Source of the DNA: Myxococcota bacterium
GTDB lineage: Bacteria; Myxococcota_A; Polyangia; Polyangiales; Sandaracinaceae
Length of the DNA: 64,000 nucleotides
Assembly: GCA_036149055.1 (NCBI GenBank)
Contig: JAYZQJ010000204.1
Span: 19,174-83,173, forward strand
Reading direction: 5' to 3'
In this document: positions 17,745 through 26,003 of the stretch, piece by piece
How the letters are laid out: each line of letters starts with the position of its first letter
Position numbering within the stretch: position 1 is the stretch's first letter
Notes under the pieces: generated by a model
Seen by the model: only the letters and a program-made list of their open reading frames with translations
Database searches by the model: none
What the model was told of the DNA's origin: nothing
Position numbers and translations under genes: made by a program

Positions 17745-18521
17745 CACCTTCTCCAGTGCCAGCCCGCTCAGGTGGCTCTTCAGCTCGGCGACCAGGTCGT
17801 CGCCGGGGCGGCTCACGTAGCCAAGATAGCCGATGAGGGTGGCGAGCGCTTCGCCCCCATCGTCCGCCGCCGCGAGCTGTTGAAACAGGCCGAGGAGGTC
17901 CTTCGCGGTGTCCCGGTACCCCCGGTCGAACGCGCTTCGCAGAGCCCACAGGGCGACGGTGCCCCACGCGGGCAGGCCGCGGGCGCGGAGCGCGTCGGCG
18001 TCGAGCGTCGTGAGATCGTCGAGGTGGTAGCGGATCCGCGGGACCAGGGGGCCGGCGGACTCTCGGACCGCCTCGTCGATGTCGAGCGCCTCTCCGACGT
18101 CGAGCGGCACCTTCCATGCGCGGTGGCCGTGATAGACGACGAGCGGGATCACCAGGGGCAGCACCAGGCGTCCTTCGGTCACCTCGCCGTGCCGCTCCCA
18201 CAGCCGCATGACGTACTCGGCGATGCGCCGCGGCATGCGTGGATCGGGGCGGCTCTGGTGCTCGACCAGCAGGCAGAGGAAGCTACGCCGCCCGCCGACC
18301 TCCGCCGCGAAGACGAGATCGCTCGCGAGGCCGCGCAGCTTCAGCCCCACGCTCTCGGCCGGCACGCGCTCGAGGCTGTCCCAGGCGATCAGCCGCGCGA
18401 GCTCGGCGGGGAGGCTGGAGCGCAGCAGAGCGCCGCCTCTCTCGAGGTCTCCGAACACCCGCTTGAACAAGGCGTCGTGGGGTGAGGCGTGGGCGGGGGG
18501 CGTGTCGTCGCCGTCGGACAT
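17511..18521 (-). CDS. Rpn family recombination-promoting nuclease/putative transposase (PD-(D/E)XK) with DUF4351-like C-terminus
   Basis: SPHDALFK, SDLVF, LLVEHQS, MPRRIAEY, LPLVIPLVVYHG, then EGRxEGR repeats and LxxQLRLKFGEL...LDLWAERVL. Confidence 0.92.
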   Translation of the reverse strand: MSDGDDTPPAHASPHDALFKRVFGDLERGGALLRSSLPAELARLIAWDSLERVPAESVGLKLRGLASDLVFAAEVGGRRSFLCLLVEHQSRPDPRMPRRIAEYVMRLWERHGEVTEGRLVLPLVIPLVVYHGHRAWKVPLDVGEALDIDEAVRESAGPLVPRIRYHLDDLTTLDADALRARGLPAWGTVALWALRSAFDRGYRDTAKDLLGLFQQLAAADDGGEALATLIGYLGYVSRPGDDLVAELKSHLSGLALEKVMELEEMLARKKREEGRLEGRAEGRAERGAELVLKQLRLKFGELDADTVTRVRGATEADLDLWAERVLTAGNLADVFA

Positions 18522-18639
18522 GCCCGGCACACGAGCAAGCCCCGATCCGGGAGGCGCTCATGTGATCTCGCGTACTTGCGGCGCCGGATCGGCGGAGGTG
18601 GCGGGCGGAGGGGTGGCGGCCGCCGATCGAGGGGAGGGT

Positions 18640-19176
18640 CTACCGGCCTCGGGGAGGGCGTCGTCGGCTCAGCGCGAGGAGCGCGAGGAGCGCGAACGCG
18701 AGCGCGCTCGTCGGGCGGGGCGAGGCGGCGACCGTGCAGCCGGCGCAGCCCCCCGAGCCGGTGGCGGCGCCGGGTGGAGGGGCGGGGGCGTCGGCGGGGA
18801 TGCAGCGGGAGACCTCCTCGCAGCGCGGCGGCTCCTGGCCCTCGGGGACCTCGGCGCCGCCTCCGCAGGGGCCCGTCGGCTCGCAGGTGTCGAAGACCGC
18901 GCGGCTCATGCCGTGGCCGGCGTAGCGGACGCCGACGCAGAAGCGAGTGGGCTGGCAGGTGGCCCCTTCGCCGTAGCGCGCGACGCAGTCGCTGGCGGCG
19001 CTGCACTCTTCGTTGGGCGCGCAGGTGCTCGCGCAGCCCGAGTGCGAGAGCGACACCGGCTGGCTGCCGCCCGGGCACTCGAGTGGCTCACAGTCGGGCG
19101 GCTCCCAGTCGTCGTCGATCACGTCGGCGGAGGCGAGGGCGGGCACCAGCAGCAGACCGAGGGCGACGAGGCGCAT
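18640..19176 (-). CDS. Cys-rich secreted protein with MYXO-CTERM sorting signal
   Basis: Signal peptide MRLVALGLLLVPALASA; many Cys; C-terminal GGCAGCTVA-x-hydrophobic-RRR. Confidence 0.8.
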   Translation of the reverse strand: MRLVALGLLLVPALASADVIDDDWEPPDCEPLECPGGSQPVSLSHSGCASTCAPNEECSAASDCVARYGEGATCQPTRFCVGVRYAGHGMSRAVFDTCEPTGPCGGGAEVPEGQEPPRCEEVSRCIPADAPAPPPGAATGSGGCAGCTVAASPRPTSALAFALLALLALSRRRPPRGR

Positions 19177-19314
19177 GCCGCGAGCGTACCCCGGCGGCTC
19201 AGTCTCCGGAGGGGGCATGCGCCCCCTCCCGCCCGACCGGCAAAGCCGGCTCGGGCTCCCACCCCACCTCACGCGCTGACGCGCGTGGAAGCTGCGGCAA
19301 TATTTGCCGCATCT

Positions 19315-20148
19315 TCAGTGCGTCGCGAGGCGCTCGGGCGGGCCGGCGCCGTCGGGCACGTAGGCGTCGTCCATCGTCAGGATGACCTTGTCGAGCTCGA
19401 AGCCGTCCTCGCGCATCGAGAGGTGCACGAGGTGCTCGCCCGCGGTCGGGACGTCGATGGAGATGGTGTGCTCCTCACCGCAGGCGCTCCCGCCGGAGTC
19501 GCGCTGGGCGCTCGACCAGGTCCAGCGGTTCTTGCCCGCGCACCACTGGATGCGACGGCCGGACGAGGGCCACGTGTCGTCGATGCCGACGTGCACGCCG
19601 TTGTCTTCGGTACCGGTGCTGTAGGCGCGGGCGTGCACGTAGTAGCGGCCGGGGGTGGTGAAGACGACGCGGTAGGTGAGCAGCGGCCCCTCGCCGCCGT
19701 TGTCGAAGAAGCTGTCCCCGTTGCGGATCGGGTCGTCGTGGGTCACCCGGGTGTCGGGCAGGCCCTCGAGGTAGGCGCCGCCGCTCGCGCTCTCGTGGTG
19801 GGGCTCGTCGGGGTCGGGCGTCACGCCGGGGATCGAGCCCTCGGCGGTCAGGTACCAGGCGCGCGGCGTGCCCTGGTCGTCGTTGGTCGTGAAGTGCTCG
19901 GCCTCGAAGGCGACCAGGCCGTCGACCTCCTGGAAGACCCACGCCGGCGGGCCCGCGTCGCGCTCGACCCCGGCGTCGCCCGGGCTCCCCGCGTCGGGCG
20001 TCGGGTCCCCCGCGTCCCGGGCGACGAGCCCCGCGTCGTCCCGCCCGCCGTCGGTCGCCCCGGGGCCACCGTCGGGCGGGTCCACCGCGCCGTCACAGCC
20101 GAAGGCCAAGGTCATCGCGCCCAGCACGAAGAACGCTCTCTCCATCAT
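19315..20148 (-). CDS. Lipoprotein with DAG-rich linker and carbohydrate-binding-like beta-sandwich (GH115 C-terminal-like)
   Basis: Lipobox LAFGC; repeated DAG/DGG linker; GLVAFEAEHF, GRYYVHAR, MREDGFELDKVILT. Confidence 0.7.
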   Translation of the reverse strand: MMERAFFVLGAMTLAFGCDGAVDPPDGGPGATDGGRDDAGLVARDAGDPTPDAGSPGDAGVERDAGPPAWVFQEVDGLVAFEAEHFTTNDDQGTPRAWYLTAEGSIPGVTPDPDEPHHESASGGAYLEGLPDTRVTHDDPIRNGDSFFDNGGEGPLLTYRVVFTTPGRYYVHARAYSTGTEDNGVHVGIDDTWPSSGRRIQWCAGKNRWTWSSAQRDSGGSACGEEHTISIDVPTAGEHLVHLSMREDGFELDKVILTMDDAYVPDGAGPPERLATH

Positions 20149-20207
20149 GGCGAGAGCGTACGCGAGCGCCGCCCGGCCGCGCCGTTACGGCGGTGTCGTC
20201 GAACGCG

Positions 20208-21068
20208 TCAGCGCCGCTCGATCCGGACGCCCGGGGGCGCCGCCGGGGGCTCCTCGCCGCGCAGCCGCACCGCCTCGTCTTCGACCGGCTCCTGGGGCTC
20301 GAGGCGGATGGCGATCTCGCGGAGCGCGGGGGCCCCGTGGCGCCACGCGAGGATCCACCGACGCTCCTGGGCGTGCAGCATCACCGCGTAGCAGTCGCGG
20401 TCGCGCGAGCCGCCCCGGCGCTCCCAGAGCGGCACCGCGTCGCCGTCGGCCAGCGTCCACTCCTGCTCCTCGCCGAAGGGCTCGCCTTCGATCTCGAGCG
20501 CCTCGCAGTCGAGCGTCGCGTCCTCGTTCAGCTGACGCAGGCCGACGGTGATCTCGCTGCCGCCCCGGTGGCGGAGATACACGTCGGTCTCGATCACCCC
20601 CGCGGGCGGGTAGGGGTAGCGCGGCGGCGGGCTGTTCTGCGAGGTCGCCGTGCAGACCAGCAGCGCGAGGGCGCCGATCGCCGCGCGCTGGGCGCGGTGA
20701 GGCAGCGGGCCGGCGATCTCCGGGCGGAAGCGCGTCCACGAGATCCAGAGCGCCGGCAGCGCCAGCAGGTCGGTCGGGTCCGCCCAGACGTGGCCCGGCA
20801 CCCAGGCCGCGACCGACGGGATCTGGATCAGCGCGAAGCCCACGCCGACCGCCACGTGCGCCCACGCGAAGCCGCGCTCGCTCCGCACGCGCAGCACCCA
20901 CGCGAGCACCAGGGGCGCGACCAGGAGGCCCGCGACGTCGCTGAGCTTGCCGGTCACCACGCCGGGCAGCAGGCCCGCCCCCTTGAGGACGTGGTCGTTG
21001 AGGGCCAGCGTCACGAGCGCGAGCACGAAGAGCGGCCGGCCGAAGCGGGTGGAAGCCTGGAAGGGCAC
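20208..21068 (-). CDS. Membrane protein, hypothetical
   Basis: LALNDHVLK...VTGKLSDVAGL and ADPTDLLAL membrane module followed by a soluble domain. Confidence 0.7.
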   Translation of the reverse strand: MPFQASTRFGRPLFVLALVTLALNDHVLKGAGLLPGVVTGKLSDVAGLLVAPLVLAWVLRVRSERGFAWAHVAVGVGFALIQIPSVAAWVPGHVWADPTDLLALPALWISWTRFRPEIAGPLPHRAQRAAIGALALLVCTATSQNSPPPRYPYPPAGVIETDVYLRHRGGSEITVGLRQLNEDATLDCEALEIEGEPFGEEQEWTLADGDAVPLWERRGGSRDRDCYAVMLHAQERRWILAWRHGAPALREIAIRLEPQEPVEDEAVRLRGEEPPAAPPGVRIERR

Positions 21069-21110
21069 GCGAGACCTTTACAGGCGCCGGTGGCGGGAGG
21101 TCCAGCCGGA

Positions 21111-22220
21111 TCAGATCTGCGCGGCCTTGAGGCGCGCGGAGACCAGCATGTAGAGCGCGAAGAGCGCGTCGCGCTCGGTGGCCGAGCCCTCGTGCAGGCC
21201 GGCGAGGCGACAGAAGTGGAGGAACTCGCGGCCGTCGAGCCCGAGCAGGCCCGCCTTCGCCATCGGGCTCGCCTCGCCGGTGCCGGGCAGCGCCGCGAGC
21301 AGCTCCACCATCGCCGCGACCGAGCGCTCGAGCGCCTCGAAGTGATCCCCGCGCCGGATCGCGTTCTCGACCTCGGCCACCGCCACCGCGTCGCTCCCCT
21401 CCCACAGCGAGGCGAAGCTGAGCGCGCCCCGCGGGATCTCCGGCATCGGCGGCGGCTCGCTCTCGACGTCGGAGATGCGCAGCTCGGTGCTGCCCGAGCT
21501 CTGCTCGGCGACCTTGGCGAGCTCGGCCTCGATCCCCTCCTCCATGGGCTTGCGCATGCGCTGCGTGGGCGGCGCGGAAGCCGGCCGTGAGGACGGAGGC
21601 GCCGAGGACGGCGGCGTCTCCGGGGTGGACCGGGGGAAGCGCGCCCACAGCGACCGGATGACGAGCTTGCTGATCTCCTTGAGCGCCGGGAGCACGCCGT
21701 CGCCCCGGGTCGCCGCCGTCTCGAAGTCCGGCACACCGCGCCAGTTCAGGTCCTGGCGCAGCTCGTCGACGCTCATCAGGCCCTGGAGGTCGCGCTTGTT
21801 GTACTGGAAGACGAGGGGCACCCGGTCGACGTCGATGTCGTTCTCGGCGAGGTTCTTCTTCAGGTCCGCGAGCGACTCGAGGTTGGACTGCTTGGCCGCG
21901 CGCTGGCTGTCGGCGACGAAGATCACGCCGTCCGCGCCCTGCAGCACGAGGCGTCGGGTGGCCGAGTAGAAGACCTGGCCCGGCACCGTATAGAGCTGGA
22001 AGCGCACGCCCATGCCGCGCACCTCCTTCACCTGCAGCGGCAGGAAGTCGAAGAAGATGGTGCGGTCGCCTTCGGTGGCCAGGGTGACGAGCTCGCCGCG
22101 CCGCTGCGGCTTCACCACCGAGTAGATGTGCTTGAGGGTCGTCGTCTTTCCCGAGAGGCCGGGGCCGTAGTAGACGACCTTCGCCGAGATCTCCCGGGCC
22201 AGAGGGTTGATGACCGTCAC
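21111..22220 (-). CDS. MglA-family small GTPase with ~175-aa C-terminal extension
   Basis: KVVYYGPGLSGKTT, TEGDRTIFFDFLP, LYTVPGQVFY, FVADSQ, YNKRDL; then Pro/Ser linker and a helical domain; GTG start 22220. Confidence 0.9.
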   Translation of the reverse strand: MTVINPLAREISAKVVYYGPGLSGKTTTLKHIYSVVKPQRRGELVTLATEGDRTIFFDFLPLQVKEVRGMGVRFQLYTVPGQVFYSATRRLVLQGADGVIFVADSQRAAKQSNLESLADLKKNLAENDIDVDRVPLVFQYNKRDLQGLMSVDELRQDLNWRGVPDFETAATRGDGVLPALKEISKLVIRSLWARFPRSTPETPPSSAPPSSRPASAPPTQRMRKPMEEGIEAELAKVAEQSSGSTELRISDVESEPPPMPEIPRGALSFASLWEGSDAVAVAEVENAIRRGDHFEALERSVAAMVELLAALPGTGEASPMAKAGLLGLDGREFLHFCRLAGLHEGSATERDALFALYMLVSARLKAAQI

Positions 22221-22268
22221 TGGCGCTACGGTAGCAGATCCGCGCGTCGCCTGTGATAGCTTCCCCTC

Positions 22269-23246
22269 GTGCTCTCGGGCGACCTCTCCACGATGGCCCT
22301 GGCCGACGTGCTCCAGTGGGTGGACGCCGGTCGTGGCCGCGCGCTGGTGACCGTGACCCGCCCCGACGGCCAGGCGCGCTGGCTGCTCGCCGAAGAGCGC
22401 GTGGTGATCGCCGCGGCCGCGCCGCCCGTCTCGGGCCGGCTCAGCAGCGACGGAACGCCGGACGCGCCCGGCCCCGCGCTCGAGGCGGTCGCCCTCGAGT
22501 ACCTGCTGGACCTCTTCCTCCAGAGCGAGGGCAAGTTCGAGCTGCGCAACGACGCGCCCACCCCGCCCGACGCGGTGCGGGTCTCGATGCCGGTGCAGTT
22601 CCTCGTGATGGAGGGGCTCCGCCTCCTCGACGAGCGCACGCGGCTCGAGGAGACCTACCCGCGTGACGAGGCCCGGCTCGCCGCCACCGACGCCGACGCC
22701 GAGGGGCTCTCGGTCATCGACTCCGCCATCGTGCAGGTCGCGCAGGGCGCGCCCGCGCTCGGCGAGGTGCGCCTGGTGCTCGGCCTGAGCCGACCGTCGC
22801 TGCTCCGCCACGTCGACTCGCTCCGCCAGCGCGGCCTGGTCGACGTCGAGGGCACGGCGCACGGCCCCGACATCGAGGGCTCGGTGATCCAGCAGGCGCA
22901 GGTGCTCCTGCGCGAGCGGCAGTACGCCGAGGCCGCGCACGTGTTCCGCTCGCTCCTCGCGACCAACCCGGAGGACGGCCGCGTCCGCCGGCTGCTGCAG
23001 GAGGCCGAGAGGCTCCAGATCGACGCGGCCTACGAGCTCTTCAGCCCGACCGACGTCGTCACCCGCGACGAGGACTACCGGGAGCTCGACCTGAAGGGCA
23101 CCGACCGCGCCGTGCTCGACTGCCTGGAGCGACCCCGCAGCGTCGCCATCCTGGTGCTGGTCTCGCCGCTGCGCGAGCTGGAGACGCTCTCGGCCTTGCG
23201 GCGCCTGGCGTCGAAGGGCCTGGTCACCATCGAAGCCGCCGACTGA
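22269..23246 (+). CDS. DUF4388-domain protein with winged-helix-like and TPR-like segments
   Basis: LSGDLSTMALADVLQW...GKFEL...LVMEGLRLLDE typical of DUF4388; QYAEAAHVFRSLLATNP TPR-like. Confidence 0.8.
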   Translation: MLSGDLSTMALADVLQWVDAGRGRALVTVTRPDGQARWLLAEERVVIAAAAPPVSGRLSSDGTPDAPGPALEAVALEYLLDLFLQSEGKFELRNDAPTPPDAVRVSMPVQFLVMEGLRLLDERTRLEETYPRDEARLAATDADAEGLSVIDSAIVQVAQGAPALGEVRLVLGLSRPSLLRHVDSLRQRGLVDVEGTAHGPDIEGSVIQQAQVLLRERQYAEAAHVFRSLLATNPEDGRVRRLLQEAERLQIDAAYELFSPTDVVTRDEDYRELDLKGTDRAVLDCLERPRSVAILVLVSPLRELETLSALRRLASKGLVTIEAAD

Positions 23247-23287
23247 CGGAATGTCGCCCCGACGGGTGACGTCCCGTCAATCCGTCA
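23244..23287. promoter_or_regulatory. Candidate enhancer (UAS) for a sigma54 activator: nested inverted repeats of (T/C)GACGG
   Basis: TGACGGAAT (23244-52) and AATCCGTCA (23279-87) are near-perfect inverted; inner GACGGG-N6-CCCGTC (23261-78); about 70-110 bp upstream of the predicted +1. Confidence 0.45.
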
Positions 23288-23330
23288 TGCGGCTCTCCGA
23301 GATCTTCGGCCGCGGCCCGCAGAGACGCGA

Positions 23331-23346
23331 TGGCACGCCGTCTGCT
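23331..23346 (+). promoter_or_regulatory. Sigma54 (-24/-12) promoter
   Basis: TGGCACGCCGTCTGCT: GG-N10-GC spacing, close to the TGGCACG-N4-TTGC(A/T) consensus; SD GGAGG and ATG 23369 follow. Confidence 0.7.
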
Positions 23347-23368
23347 CTTCTAATGCGCGGGAGGAACC

Positions 23369-23758
23369 ATGCGCAGAAGAGAGAAGACGCGAGCCCGCCG
23401 CCGTCGCGCGGGAATGACCCTGATCGAGATCATGATCGTGGTGATCGTCATGGCGCTGATCGCGACCGCGGTGGGCGTCGCGGTCCTGCCCATGCTCGAG
23501 CGGGCCAAGGTGAAGCAGGCGACGGTCGACGCCGCCAGCATCCGAGGCGTGGCCGAGCTCTGGCTCGCCGATCACGGGACGTGTCCGTCGATGGTCGAGC
23601 TCCGCGAGACCGGCGAGGTGAACGAGTCGGGCCGACCGAGCGATCCCTGGGACACGCCCTGGTCGATCGAATGCGAGGCGTCGCGTGTCATCGTCATCTC
23701 GGCGGGCCCCGACCGACAGCTCGGCACCGAAGACGACATCCCCGTCGAGGAGGGGTGA
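23369..23758 (+). CDS. GspG-like type II secretion pseudopilin/prepilin
   Basis: Class III signal RRRRAG|MTLIEIMIV with E5; C-terminal DPWDTPW...ISAGPDRQLGTEDDI. Confidence 0.88.
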   Translation: MRRREKTRARRRRAGMTLIEIMIVVIVMALIATAVGVAVLPMLERAKVKQATVDAASIRGVAELWLADHGTCPSMVELRETGEVNESGRPSDPWDTPWSIECEASRVIVISAGPDRQLGTEDDIPVEEG

Positions 23759-23770
23759 GCTCGCGGTCTC

Positions 23771-23953
23771 TCACCAAGCGGCCATCACGACGAACGCGCC
23801 CGCCCCGACCAGGAGGCCGGCGAGCCCGCCGATGAGCGCGCCGCGGCCCCTCCCCGAGCCGCCAGCGATCGCTCCGATGATCGCACCGATCCCTGTCGGC
23901 ACCACGAAGTAGCCGACCTGGACGAGCGATACGAGCCCTTCGAGGTCTCCCAC
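23771..23953 (-). CDS. Small Gly-rich membrane protein (60 aa)
   Basis: Two hydrophobic GxxxG segments; AGGAGG-like AGGAGGC/AGG upstream of GTG. Confidence 0.5.
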   Translation of the reverse strand: MGDLEGLVSLVQVGYFVVPTGIGAIIGAIAGGSGRGRGALIGGLAGLLVGAGAFVVMAAW

Positions 23954-24070
23954 GAGACGTGCCTCCTAGGCGCGGCCTGCGCGCCATCACGTCTCCCCTC
24001 TTGGTTCGAAGGGCCCGCATGCGAAGAAGCCCCCACCATCCCTGGCGGAGGCCGCTTCGAATGGCGCCGA

Positions 24071-24646
24071 CTACTCCATGTCGGCGAGGCGCTCGCGCCA
24101 GCGCTTGCGCAGCGCCTGGATCGCCTGGCGCGTCACCCCGTACTTGCGGGCCAGCGCGCTCATGTTCTCGTCGGAGCGAGCCACGTCCAGGATCTGCTTC
24201 GGCGTGAGCTTGCGACCGTGCGGCATGCCGCCCTTGTCGACCCGCGGGCCACCCACGTCCTCGTAGGTGCGGCCGCGCACGAGGCGACTGACCGCCGCCG
24301 CGCTGATGCCGTACTCACGCGCCAGCTGCGCCTGGCTCGCCACGCCCTTGGAGTAACGACGCCGGAGCGCAGCCACCTGCCGCTTGGTCAGCTTGGCGCG
24401 ACCTCGGAGGACCGTCGGGCCACCCGCATCCTGACGCGCCTCTCCGCGCGTGATGCGACCGACCTGATGCACCCCGAGACCGTACTCCTCGCCGATCTCG
24501 CGCTGGCTGAGCTTTCCCTTGTCGTACTTCTTCCGGATCGCCCGGATCTGTGCGTCGGTGAGCTCGTCGATGCTCTTCTTCTCGTTCTTCTTTTTACGTC
24601 GTGCCACTTGCGTCCACCCATCGTCCGCCCTGTGCGGACTATCCAT
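24071..24646 (-). CDS. Basic DNA-binding protein with three tandem HTH repeats
   Basis: (K/E)LTxxQ(I/V)xx(I/L/V)...SQxxLAxEYG(I/L/V)...(V/I)xR repeated three times, joined by GGP linkers; start 24646 or a downstream GTG. Confidence 0.8.
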   Translation of the reverse strand: MDSPHRADDGWTQVARRKKKNEKKSIDELTDAQIRAIRKKYDKGKLSQREIGEEYGLGVHQVGRITRGEARQDAGGPTVLRGRAKLTKRQVAALRRRYSKGVASQAQLAREYGISAAAVSRLVRGRTYEDVGGPRVDKGGMPHGRKLTPKQILDVARSDENMSALARKYGVTRQAIQALRKRWRERLADME

Positions 24647-24699
24647 GTTCTTTTGAACACCATGTTGCCCCATTTGTCAATTGCAATTCACGACCGTGA
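24646..24699 (-). promoter_or_regulatory. Candidate sigma70-type promoter with overlapping palindromic operators
   Basis: Minus-strand TTGACA (24680-24675), 17 nt, weak -10 TTCAAA; palindromes TGTTC-TTTT-GAACA (24646-59), AATTGCAATT (24679-88), TCACG-AC-CGTGA (24688-99); locally AT-rich. Confidence 0.45.
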
Positions 24700-25036
24700 C
24701 GCGCACGGTTCCTGGCTCCACCCGTGGAGCGTAAGTGCCTGGAAAAGCGTCGCAAAATGCCTCTCGCAGAGGGCGCTGGAGCGCCATCGGCGGCTCGTCG
24801 GAGCCCAAAAAAATGGCCTTCTCGTCCCCACATACTGACGAACACGGGGCGACGACGCGGCGATCGGCGGATCCTGCCGCCCCGCCCGGGCCCCGCCCGC
24901 AGCGTCCCTCAACGTGGGCACGCAAGCGTCATGGTCGATCTTCTCCGGTCATCGCCTGACCGTCCGAGCGGTGCCTCGCGCGTGATCCGTCCCGGCGGGC
25001 GATGCGGGCTCGCACGGGCCGCGGCATGCTCGCGGA

Positions 25037-25999
25037 ATGCGTCGCTGCGCCGTCGTGCTCTCGTTGCTCTTGCTGTCCTGCGGCGCACCTGCAGGCGAGG
25101 CGCCCCGGCCGGCCAAGCGCGCGGTCGAGGGCGCGCCGGAGGCCACGTTGGTGGTCCTCGGCAGCGGCACCCCGATCCCCGATCCCGAGCGCGCCGGGCC
25201 GGCGCACGCGGTGGTGATGGGGGACGAGGCGTTCCTCTTCGACGCCGGCGCGGGCGTCCTGCGCCGTCTCGAGGCGGCTCGCGCCCGTCACCCCGCGCTC
25301 GCCCCCGAGCGAGTGAGGCGCGTCTTCCTGACCCACCTCCACTCCGACCACGTGCTCGGCCTCGACGAGCTCCTCTTCGGCGCCTGGGTGCTCGGGCGGG
25401 AGCGCCCCCTCGAGATCTGGGGGCCGCCGGGCACGGCGGCGCTGGTCGACGGGCTGCTGCAGGCCTACGCCGAGGACCGGCGCGTGCGAACCGAGGGGCT
25501 CGAGGGGCTGCGCGAGAGGGGCAGCGAGGCCCAGGTCCGCGAGGTCTCGCCCGGCGTCGCCCTGCGCACCAGCGACGTCGAGGTGCGCGCGTTCGCGGTG
25601 CCGCACGGATCGTGGACGCACGCCTACGGCTGGCGGATCGACGCGGGCGGCCGGGTGATCGTGCTGAGCGGGGACACCGCCACTGGAGACCCGGCTGCTG
25701 GAGGCGCGGTCGCCGGCAGCGCCGTGGTCGAGGCCTGCGATGGCTGCGACCTGCTCGTGCACGAGGTCTGCTCGGCGGCGGGGCTCGCCCGGCGCGGCGA
25801 CGACGCCCGCGCCTATCACGGCAGCTTCCACACCACCGGCCTCGAGCTCGGTCGCCTCGCGGCCCGCGCGCGTCCCTCACGGCTGGTGCTGACGCACGTG
25901 CTCTTCTTCGGCGAGAGCGGCGACTCCATCCTCGGCGAGGTGCGGGAGGGCGGCTACGCCGGCGAGCTCTTCCTGGCCGCCGACCTCGCCGGGTACTGA
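25037..25999 (+). CDS. MBL-fold metallo-hydrolase (RNase Z/AtsA-like) with lipoprotein signal
   Basis: LLLLSC lipobox; VLGSGTP, FDAG, THLHSDH, SGDT, LVHE, HTT, LTH. Confidence 0.88.
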   Translation: MRRCAVVLSLLLLSCGAPAGEAPRPAKRAVEGAPEATLVVLGSGTPIPDPERAGPAHAVVMGDEAFLFDAGAGVLRRLEAARARHPALAPERVRRVFLTHLHSDHVLGLDELLFGAWVLGRERPLEIWGPPGTAALVDGLLQAYAEDRRVRTEGLEGLRERGSEAQVREVSPGVALRTSDVEVRAFAVPHGSWTHAYGWRIDAGGRVIVLSGDTATGDPAAGGAVAGSAVVEACDGCDLLVHEVCSAAGLARRGDDARAYHGSFHTTGLELGRLAARARPSRLVLTHVLFFGESGDSILGEVREGGYAGELFLAADLAGY

Positions 26000-26003
26000 C
26001 GCT

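Noticed and set aside
17511..18521. Rpn gene as an IS element
   Set aside because: No terminal inverted repeats or target duplication seen; the Rpn/YhgA family is not shown to be a true transposase.
23995..24040. GGTTCGAA followed by CCACCA, suggestive of a tRNA 3' half or att site
   Set aside because: Bases flanking the putative T-loop do not pair, spacing to CCA is wrong, no cloverleaf, and no integrase nearby.
24646..24659. TGTTC-N4-GAACA as a LexA/SOS box
   Set aside because: Orientation is the inverse of the GAAC-N4-GTTC box; kept only as a generic operator candidate.
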